Source of the DNA: Candidatus Bathyarchaeia archaeon
GTDB lineage: Archaea; Thermoproteota; Bathyarchaeia; Bathyarchaeales; Bathycorpusculaceae
Length of the DNA: 46,896 nt
Direction of reading: 5' to 3'
NCBI GenBank assembly: GCA_050012755.1
Contig: JBEKGO010000019.1
Coordinates: 1 to 46,896 of the forward strand
Of the stretch, positions 38,692-45,978 are shown one piece after another (position 1 is the first letter of the stretch; each line of letters starts with the position of its first letter). The position numbers and the translations under genes are program-made. A model generated the notes under the pieces. It did no database searches. It had not been told where the DNA came from and was given only the letters and a program-made list of their open reading frames with translations.

Positions 38692-39114
38692 CTGTCAATA
38701 TCACCAAAGAAAAAAGAGACACTAAAAATCATTCTAGATTCAAATGCATTGTTTGTTCCGTTAGAGCTTAAAATAGATATTTTTTCGGAAGTCAAACGCT
38801 TACTAAATCGAAACGTGAATTTTATTTTACTTTCTCCAGTTAAACGTGAAATTGAACTTCTGGCTGCCAAGGAGTCTCCTAAGACGCGGAGGGAAGCTGC
38901 TTACGCCTTAAAGCTTGCTGAAAAATGCCAATACGTTACCGTTGATAATGATGAAAAATTGAGAACAGACAACATCATTGTTAAGGTGGCTAAAGCTTGG
39001 AATTCCCCCGTTTTTACCAACGATAGTCAACTACGGAGGAGGCTAAGAGATATAAGCGTCCCAGTTATTTATGTGAGACAAAAATCTCGCCTAGAGATTG
39101 ACGGATTGATATAA
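38692..39114 (+). CDS. PIN-domain protein (Fcf1/Utp24-like rRNA processing nuclease)
   Basis: Frame extends upstream of the ORF-track start to include IILDSNA; REIE, TD, TNDSQLRRRL; conserved position before rpoE; probable CTG start. Confidence 0.85.
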   Translation: MSISPKKKETLKIILDSNALFVPLELKIDIFSEVKRLLNRNVNFILLSPVKREIELLAAKESPKTRREAAYALKLAEKCQYVTVDNDEKLRTDNIIVKVAKAWNSPVFTNDSQLRRRLRDISVPVIYVRQKSRLEIDGLI

Positions 39115-39116
39115 GC

Positions 39117-39701
39117 ATGTTTAAGCTCATAACACTTCAGGACACTATCCGCATTCCACCTGAAACCTTCGGCAACCCACTGGAAAAAGTAGGTCGCGAA
39201 CAAGTAAAGCAGAAGTACGAAGGCGTTGTCGACGAGGAATTAGGATACGTAATTTCAGTTACAAGTATAGAAGTAAGCCCCATCGGCAAAATTATTCCAG
39301 GTGACGGCGCCACTTTTCACAAAGTAACATTTTCATTGTTAACATTCTACCCAATAATCCAAGAAATCGTGGAAGGAGACGTAGTTGAAATCGCAGATTT
39401 CGGAGCATTCATCCGCATCGGACCAGTAGATGCATTGCTTCACGTTTCACAACTTATGGACGACTACATCTCTTACGATGAAAAGCAAGGAGTACTGCTT
39501 GGAAAAGAAAGCAAAAGAAAACTCACAACAGGCGACCAAGTACGTGTTAGAATAACTGCGGTTTCGCTTGGAAGGGCTGGAAGCTCAGGAAAAATCGGTG
39601 TCACGGCCAGACAACCATTCCTAGGTAAACTTGATTGGCTAAAGGAGAAACCGCCAACATCAGAAAAGAAACAAGCTGAAAACAAAGAAAAAGCAGCATA
39701 A
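39117..39701 (+). CDS. rpoE1: RNA polymerase subunit E' (Rpo7)
   Basis: IRIPP, GKIIPGDGA, S1 domain FGAFIRIGPVDALLHVSQ, RQPFLGK. Confidence 0.97.
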   Translation: MFKLITLQDTIRIPPETFGNPLEKVGREQVKQKYEGVVDEELGYVISVTSIEVSPIGKIIPGDGATFHKVTFSLLTFYPIIQEIVEGDVVEIADFGAFIRIGPVDALLHVSQLMDDYISYDEKQGVLLGKESKRKLTTGDQVRVRITAVSLGRAGSSGKIGVTARQPFLGKLDWLKEKPPTSEKKQAENKEKAA

Positions 39702-39717
39702 AGAGGAGTGAAATTGA

Positions 39718-39903
39718 ATGAGTGAAAAATCATGTACTAACTGTCATTTCATAACAAAAGAAAACGTATGCCCTAAATGCAAATCTACAAATTTTAGTGA
39801 AGATTTCAGCGGTTTAGTGGTTATGTTCGATCCAGAAAACTCAGCAATTGCCAAAGCGATGAACATAAAAGAAAAAGGCAGATATGCACTAAAAGTGCGT
39901 TAA
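39718..39903 (+). CDS. spt4: Transcription elongation factor Spt4 (RpoE2)
   Basis: CTNC...CPKC, DPENSAIAKAM, GRYALKVR. Confidence 0.96.
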   Translation: MSEKSCTNCHFITKENVCPKCKSTNFSEDFSGLVVMFDPENSAIAKAMNIKEKGRYALKVR

Positions 39904-39968
39904 GTCTTTTTTAAAATAGCAGGGTAACTTTGACGATCTTAATCTCAGAGCTTACAAGGTGAAAACCC

Positions 39969-40517
39969 ATGACTATAGCATACAGTATTACACCAAAGCT
40001 TCGGATAAAATTCAAAGAACCCTTCGGAACGTTAATTCAAGGCTCGTTTCATGAAACAATGATTAAAATGAAAGAGTTGGTTGAAAAAGAGAAACCCCAA
40101 ACGCTAATTTCCGTTGGAGACGTGGTTTCTCACAACTTGCATGAATACAATATTCACCCGCAAATAACAATTATTGACTACAAATTTCTCAGAACCCAGA
40201 CTTTGCCTGAAATGGATCCGGTTGAAAAAACAGTCAATGTGAATAATCCTAAAGGAACAATCACTGAAGAAGCAATTTTGGCAATCAAGGAAGCCATAGA
40301 AAAAAAACAGCACACACACATAGTCGTTAAGGGCGAGGAAGATCTACTTACATTAATCGCCGTTCTGTATGCTCCAGTAAACGCTTATGTGGTTTATGGA
40401 CAGCCACATTCAGGCATTGTTGTTGTCAGAGTAACAGCTGAAAAGAAGGCTCAAGCTCAAGAATTCCTAAATGCCATGAAACCCTTAGAAAAGCTAAATA
40501 AGAAGAAAACTGTATGA
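39969..40517 (+). CDS. GTP-dependent dephospho-CoA kinase (DUF359)
   Basis: SVGDVV, IIDYK, NPKGTI, GEEDLL, YGQP. Confidence 0.9.
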   Translation: MTIAYSITPKLRIKFKEPFGTLIQGSFHETMIKMKELVEKEKPQTLISVGDVVSHNLHEYNIHPQITIIDYKFLRTQTLPEMDPVEKTVNVNNPKGTITEEAILAIKEAIEKKQHTHIVVKGEEDLLTLIAVLYAPVNAYVVYGQPHSGIVVVRVTAEKKAQAQEFLNAMKPLEKLNKKKTV

Positions 40518-40542
40518 ACTTTACGCCTTAAAGTGAATATTA

Positions 40543-40854
40543 ATGCAAATCAAAATTGAATCAAGCAAGAATAACCCGCTTCTGAAACGTAAAGAAGTAG
40601 TCTTTACGATTGTTCAAGGTCCAAAAGAAAAAACGCCCCCGAGGCTAGAAGTAAAAAGAGCCGTAGCCATTGAAATGAAAGTTGCTGATGAAGTAGTTTT
40701 CATTAAGAGAATGCACACAAAAACGGGAACGAGCATTACAACAGGAGATGCTAACGTTTACCAAAATGTCGCGCAAGCTACAATTGTGGAACCCGAATAT
40801 ATTAGAAAACGTAACAGTCCACCTGAAAAACCTAAAGAAGAGGCACCAGCATAA
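40543..40854 (+). CDS. rps24e: 30S ribosomal protein S24e (eS24)
   Basis: NPLLKRKEV, TPPR, EPEYIRKRN. Confidence 0.93.
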   Translation: MQIKIESSKNNPLLKRKEVVFTIVQGPKEKTPPRLEVKRAVAIEMKVADEVVFIKRMHTKTGTSITTGDANVYQNVAQATIVEPEYIRKRNSPPEKPKEEAPA

Positions 40855-41138
40855 TGTCCAAAAAAGCACCAGCAAAGAAAGAGGAAGCACCTCCGGCAGC
40901 ACCGCCAGTAGCAGCGGCAGAAGCAGCGCCAGAGGCAAAACCTCAAAAAGCTGAGAAGAAAAGAGAAAAGAAACACAAACAAGAGAAAGGGATTCATGCG
41001 ATGTATAAGGTTGAAGGAGACAAATGCAGTAAAGCCCGTCCAACTTGCGAACGATGTGGACCTGGATACTTCATGGCCGATCATCATGATAGGTACACTT
41101 GCGGTCACTGCGGTTTTACTCGTTATAAGCAAAAATAA
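40854..41138 (+). CDS. rps27ae: 30S ribosomal protein S27ae (eS31) with low-complexity N-terminal extension
   Basis: CERCGPGYFMADHHDRYTCGHCG. Confidence 0.93.
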   Translation: MSKKAPAKKEEAPPAAPPVAAAEAAPEAKPQKAEKKREKKHKQEKGIHAMYKVEGDKCSKARPTCERCGPGYFMADHHDRYTCGHCGFTRYKQK

Positions 41139-41184
41139 GCAGTTTTAAATTCACCCTAGCACGATTAGGTTCTGATGACCAGTA

Positions 41185-41613
41185 ATGCTTAGAGTTAACG
41201 TGGTTATAACCAGCATTTCTGCTGAACGATTTTGGGATATCAGAAAACCGATTCCTCCTATTCAGATAAACACAAACATTAATGTTGTTGGCATGGAAAA
41301 GAAACAAGATGAATCTCTAGAGGTACCTTTTGTTTTATCAATTGGATTTAATCCATCAATCGCTCAAATGAGCATAAAAGGAAATGCGCTTGTTACTGGT
41401 GAAAAAAACGAGATAGATAAAGCCATAAAAGATTATGAGCAGAAAAAGCCGCCGCCACAGATAATAATTCAGTCAGTGTCCAATGTTGTCTTCATCGAAT
41501 CTGTGCTTATATCTAGAATATTGAATCTTCCGCCCCCGATTCCGCTACCCCAGATTCCTGAAACAGGAAAACCGCCAAGCTCCAAGCCCGAAGGTAGAGA
41601 TTACAGCGCTTGA
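41185..41613 (+). CDS. Archaeal hypothetical protein, possible SecB-like fold
   Basis: Beta-strand pattern, two helices, then LNLPPPIPLP. Confidence 0.7.
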   Translation: MLRVNVVITSISAERFWDIRKPIPPIQINTNINVVGMEKKQDESLEVPFVLSIGFNPSIAQMSIKGNALVTGEKNEIDKAIKDYEQKKPPPQIIIQSVSNVVFIESVLISRILNLPPPIPLPQIPETGKPPSSKPEGRDYSA

Positions 41614-41618
41614 GCCAT

Positions 41619-42068
41619 TCACAGGAACCCTTTAAATTTTCTAGCCACAGCATCAATCATTTTTAGTTCAATTGGAAAACTAAAGTTCCTTCGTTTCCAT
41701 CTGTACGTAGCAATTCTATTCATAATGGAATAAGCAAGCTTGTAAGTGATAGCCCGCTCCTTAATTCTTGATTCCGGATAAAATGCCAGACGCGTAACAG
41801 CTGAAATAGTATGCAATTTTTCCACTTGTGCTTTGCTATGCCAAGGTGGATCAAAATGGAAAACATGAATGCTTCCCCACTCTTCAAGCGACTGAGGGGA
41901 TTCAAATTGTCCAGGCAAAAGATCCATAACTGGGCTGGGAAACGGAGTATAAACAAATATACAATAATGCTGCGTTTTAGGATTTACCTCTGACATTTTA
42001 TCCATTAAATCAAAAGTTTGATTCAAGTCCTCATCCGTTTCGCATGGGAGACCACTCATCCATGGCAT
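41619..42068 (-). pseudogene. C-terminal fragment of a (B12-binding type) radical SAM protein
   Basis: MSGLPCETDEDLNQT and YTPFPSP match the GLPGET / TPYPGT late-barrel motifs; no CxxxCxxC; in-frame stop directly upstream. Confidence 0.7.
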
Positions 42069-42137
42069 TCACTTGGAATTATTCATATGAAAGCATCAAA
42101 GTTACCTAAAAATAGGTAAAAAATTGAAAAAACAAGT

Positions 42138-42542
42138 TTATTTTAGTGGTACATACATTGATGAACGTGACGCACCGATACCTGGAGTTCCATGCCTAAC
42201 AGGCTTGTTGGTTATGGCAAATTCGCCAAGGTAGTGGCCAATCATTTCAGGCTTGATTTCCATGGCAACAAATTCTTTGCCGTTGTGCACCTGAATTTTC
42301 ACGCCGACCATTTCGGGCAGAATAATTAGGTCTCGGACGTGAGTTTTGATGCTGGCTTCTTTGCCTAGTTTTTGGGCTTCTTTAGCTTCCCGCAGCTTTT
42401 CTAGCAGTATGCGTTGTTCCGGAGTTAAACCTCGCTGAAGACTTCTTCTTTGACGCGAAGGAAGCAGATTAATGAATTCATCCATAGACATTCCTGTCAG
42501 ACTATTCAAGTTGTGTCCGCGGTAACTAAATTCCTTAGGCAT
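42138..42542 (-). CDS. rps19: 30S ribosomal protein S19 (uS19)
   Basis: [37 protein letters not shown]. Confidence 0.97.
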   Translation of the reverse strand: MPKEFSYRGHNLNSLTGMSMDEFINLLPSRQRRSLQRGLTPEQRILLEKLREAKEAQKLGKEASIKTHVRDLIILPEMVGVKIQVHNGKEFVAMEIKPEMIGHYLGEFAITNKPVRHGTPGIGASRSSMYVPLK

Positions 42543-42595
42543 TTTTCATCTTCACCTTAAACTTATTCTAAATGCTATAAACCTTCTGCCAATTC

Positions 42596-43336
42596 CTACC
42601 GAATTGCCCGCTTCTTCTTTTGTCCTGGACCTCTAGCTGCAATCAAACCGACTTTCTGTCCTGGTGGCGCTCCATGTGAAGTTGTTGTGCATCTGCGTGC
42701 GCTTCGTTTGCTGCTACCGTATGGGTGGCAAGCTGGAACCATTTTGCGTCCGCTAACTCTAGGATATTTGTGACCTTTAGCTTTCATTAAGTGGAACATT
42801 GAGCCTGCTTTAAGGAAAGGCTTATCAATTCTTCCGGCTGCAGAAACTACGCCTACAGTTGTTAAACAGTAGTCATCCACATATCGTGTTCTTCCTGAGG
42901 GCAACCGTATCATTGTGCCTTGTGGAGTGTGACCAACTACGGTAGCGTAAGTGCCTGAAGCCTTTGCTATTTTTCCGCCGTCGCCTGGACGTAGCTCTAG
43001 ATCGCAGACTATGGTTCCTTCAGGTACTTTTCCTAAAGGAATAATGTTGCCTATTTCAGCTGGAGCTTTTCCGCCGTAGCAAATTTGTTGCCCAATGAAG
43101 ATGCCTTCAGGGGTAGTTGTGTAGCATGATAAACCATTTTCAAATTTAACCAAGGATAAGGGTGCTCCGCTGCCAGGATTATGCATGAGAGCTTCTATTT
43201 TACCTAATAAAGAAGCTTCAAAAGATAGTTTGGGCGCCATTATAGGATATTTTGCAGGCGCAACACGTTTGTGAGTCGAAGCTCGCCAGTTTTGGCCGCC
43301 CCGACCACGTCTTTGAACACGAATTCGTTTTCCCAT
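42596..43336 (-). CDS. rpl2: 50S ribosomal protein L2 (uL2)
   Basis: MGKRIRVQRRGRG, RPGDGGK, LPSG, APPGQKVGLIAAR. Confidence 0.96.
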   Translation of the reverse strand: MGKRIRVQRRGRGGQNWRASTHKRVAPAKYPIMAPKLSFEASLLGKIEALMHNPGSGAPLSLVKFENGLSCYTTTPEGIFIGQQICYGGKAPAEIGNIIPLGKVPEGTIVCDLELRPGDGGKIAKASGTYATVVGHTPQGTMIRLPSGRTRYVDDYCLTTVGVVSAAGRIDKPFLKAGSMFHLMKAKGHKYPRVSGRKMVPACHPYGSSKRSARRCTTTSHGAPPGQKVGLIAARGPGQKKKRAIR

Positions 43337-43359
43337 AAGTCATGCCTTCTAAATTTATT

Positions 43360-43620
43360 TTATAGTATTCCTAGTTTAATTGCGACGTCTGATGCTTTGT
43401 ATTCAGGAGTTAGCTTTACAAATGCTTTTTTTACGCCTTGAGGGGTGATAAGCAGGTTGACTTTGCTCACTTTGACTTCGTAGAGTTCTTCAACTGCTTT
43501 TTTGATGTCGCTTTTTCCTGCTTTCAAGTTAACAATGAATATGAGTTTATTGTCTCGTTCAACCATTAAGCTGGCGGATTCCGTCATTAATGGGAATGAA
43601 ATTACTTCGTTGGCGTCCAT
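43360..43620 (-). CDS. rpl23: 50S ribosomal protein L23 (uL23)
   Basis: NKLIFIV, KKAFVKL, A.DVAIKLGIL. Confidence 0.96.
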   Translation of the reverse strand: MDANEVISFPLMTESASLMVERDNKLIFIVNLKAGKSDIKKAVEELYEVKVSKVNLLITPQGVKKAFVKLTPEYKASDVAIKLGIL

Positions 43621-44414
43621 TATGCTTTTTCTCCTTTGCCGTAAATTTTGTCTAATGATTCAAGTGCGCTATTAGTCCATAGCGTTAGTCTTCCTGGGTG
43701 AGTTCCCGGCGCCAACATTTCTGTATTAAGATTAGCAACCGAAGTAACTTGAACACCTGGTACGTTGCATGCCGCATCGGCTAGGCCTTTACCGTTAACT
43801 ACAACAATTAGTGGCCCAACAGCTTGCTTCATTTTTCTGCCTCTGTGTTTGCCTTTGCCTGCACGGATTTTACGGCTGTTTCGCACACGAACGATATCTT
43901 CCATGATGCCTAAGCTTGCAAATGTTGCCTCAACTTCCTTAACCTTTGTTAAGCCTTCGATAGCATCATCAACAATCAAGGGTATCTGGAGTGCATTCGC
44001 AATTTTGTGACCACGTAAAGCGACTGTTTCTTTTTGTGCTGTAGCTGCGATTGCTGAGAATAATGCTAGTTTAGCCTCTTTCTTCGGGATGCTTTTCAGG
44101 ATTTTCTTTTCGGCTCTTGGCGGATGAGGCTGTCTTCCTTTAACTGTACTTGGTGCAAAAGCGGCTCTTCCACTGCCACCTTTTATACGGGGAATTCTTG
44201 CGGTTCCGCTTCCTGTTCCGCGTGATTCTGCAGTTGTTCTTTTTCCAGCCATCGGGTCTCTTCCTTGCGGTTGTAACCTGCTGGATTGTATAGCTAAGAC
44301 TGCTCGTTTTATCACATCTGGTCTCAGCGGTGTTGAGAAAATGTTTGGAAGTGTGGTTTTTCCAGTTGATTTTCCTTGTAAATCAAAGATTTCGGCTTTT
44401 TTTTGCTGTGGCAT
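43620..44414 (-). CDS. rpl4: 50S ribosomal protein L4 (uL4)
   Basis: RPDVIKRA, AESRGTG..ARIPR, RAGKGK.RGR, LAPGTHPGRLTLW. Confidence 0.97.
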   Translation of the reverse strand: MPQQKKAEIFDLQGKSTGKTTLPNIFSTPLRPDVIKRAVLAIQSSRLQPQGRDPMAGKRTTAESRGTGSGTARIPRIKGGSGRAAFAPSTVKGRQPHPPRAEKKILKSIPKKEAKLALFSAIAATAQKETVALRGHKIANALQIPLIVDDAIEGLTKVKEVEATFASLGIMEDIVRVRNSRKIRAGKGKHRGRKMKQAVGPLIVVVNGKGLADAACNVPGVQVTSVANLNTEMLAPGTHPGRLTLWTNSALESLDKIYGKGEKA

Positions 44415-44425
44415 GGCTTTTCATC

Positions 44426-45439
44426 CTATTTTCCTTGTGGAGATTCCAGAGATACATATGTCACTTGTGGTGGGACCTCTGGTATTTCTGTGGGTGGACG
44501 TGCTGGAACACGTAAGCGGATTTGGCGCTTTTCCGTACCCGGTATGCTACCTTCAAGCAGTATGTAGGGTCCTTTTACTTCGCCATATCGGATGAATCCG
44601 CCTTTGACGGTTACTTCTTTGCCGTCTTTGCCGATTTTTAATATGCGTTTGTTGAATTCTATGCGTTGGTGATAGCCCATTTGTCCTGCTCTTGGAATTG
44701 AGTACATTAGGTGATGTGGATTCCATGGTCCTAAAGTGGCGATGCCTCTTTTTGTTTTTCTGCCTTTATGCTGGAGGCAAGTTACTCCCCAACGTTTAAC
44801 TGGACCTTGGAAGCCTTTTCCCACAGTAATTCCAGCAATGTCGATGAATTGTCCATCTTTGAATACTTCTTCAGGCGCTATTGTTTTGCCTAAAAGTTGT
44901 TTGGCATATTCAAATTGCTGCTGAATTGTGCCTCCGCCGATTTGGATTTCGCATACTTCGGGTTTTTTCTTTGATAGGCTGGTTTGAGAGGGCTGTGTCG
45001 CTGTGATAATTCGAATAAAGTTTGTTTGGTCAAGGTTTTGCTGGATTTTTTCAAGCATAGCTTCACTGTTAAAGCTTTCTGGAAGAACCAACAGTCGGTC
45101 TAAGATTGCTGGTGGATCTTTCATCCATGCTTCTCCGATGTTTTGGAGCCCGTATGGTGTTTTTGTGTAAGTTCGAATGCCACATGCAATTATCGGTGGC
45201 GTTTCTAGTACCGTTACTGCTCGCACGACTTCTTTGCCGAAGTTAGGTGAACGTTTACGATCTTCAATGGTGAAGACGTATGTCATGCCTGCTTTGTAAG
45301 CTGAAAAACCTAAAAGTTTAGGAGAGTCAGATTTGATTTTTGGCCAAAATCGGATTCGCGCAGTTGGTTTCTTGGCGCGTTTCCTAGGTAAATAAGCAAG
45401 TGAACCATGTTTTGGAGCGTGAGTTTTACGATGTCCCAT
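44426..45439 (-). CDS. rpl3: 50S ribosomal protein L3 (uL3)
   Basis: HGSLAYLPRKRA, YKAGMT, GKGFQGPVKRWG, PRAGQMGYHQR. Confidence 0.97.
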   Translation of the reverse strand: MGHRKTHAPKHGSLAYLPRKRAKKPTARIRFWPKIKSDSPKLLGFSAYKAGMTYVFTIEDRKRSPNFGKEVVRAVTVLETPPIIACGIRTYTKTPYGLQNIGEAWMKDPPAILDRLLVLPESFNSEAMLEKIQQNLDQTNFIRIITATQPSQTSLSKKKPEVCEIQIGGGTIQQQFEYAKQLLGKTIAPEEVFKDGQFIDIAGITVGKGFQGPVKRWGVTCLQHKGRKTKRGIATLGPWNPHHLMYSIPRAGQMGYHQRIEFNKRILKIGKDGKEVTVKGGFIRYGEVKGPYILLEGSIPGTEKRQIRLRVPARPPTEIPEVPPQVTYVSLESPQGK

Positions 45440-45680
45440 AGTACTTCCGCTTCGCGCCTTCAGCTAATAGTAAATTAAGTTATAAACGTTACCATTTAAA
45501 ATGATAAAGCAAAGAGCAATCTATTGTTTACTTAATTTTTAAAGTTTTTCTAATTTAAAGTATGACATCTTTCTTTTAGCTGAGATTTGCGGATCTATTT
45601 TTTGGTTGTGACTAATCTCTGCCTAATAGTTGCGACCTTGGAAATCTAATTTTACTCAGTTGGCACCTAACTTTCACCAC

Positions 45681-45725
45681 GCGTCTAGTTGCGTCTCTTT
45701 GCGTCCCGAAAAGTCCTGAAACGTC
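45681..45725. repeat. Five 10-bp-phased (GC)GTC units
   Basis: gcGTCtagtt gcGTCtcttt gcGTCccgaa aaGTCctgaa acGTC. Confidence 0.5.
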
Positions 45726-45853
45726 GCTTGTTACTGCCCAAAAAATAGCACTTATTATCTGATTGTAACCTTGAATAATCTTGCTGTAGTTTTAAAACGC
45801 TTTTCCTTTGACTGGAAATGTTTTTACACAGCAGACACAATCGTTGTATTCAA

Positions 45854-45978
45854 GCCGGGGTGGCGGAGTGGTTATCGCGCTAGCCTCGAGATCTAACAAA
45901 AGAGGGCTAAAGCCAGAAAAGGCAAGACAGCTAGTGGGCTTCGCGCCCGCAGGGGTTCGAATCCCTTCCCCGGCGCCA
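45854..45978 (+). tRNA. tRNA-Ser(CGA) with 38-nt intron at 37/38 (45891-45928), long variable arm, CCA encoded
   Basis: GCCGGGG/CCCCGGC acceptor stem, G73, CTAGC...GCTAG anticodon stem, GGTTCGAATCC, BHB-like splice motif. Confidence 0.92.

Noticed and set aside
40854-40990. Possible ubiquitin fusion on eS31
   Set aside because: The extension is low-complexity Ala/Pro/Glu/Lys with no beta-grasp pattern or GG motif
45615-45790. Stop-free minus-strand frame of about 58 codons in the rpl3-tRNA gap
   Set aside because: No start codon near its 5' end and no recognisable similarity
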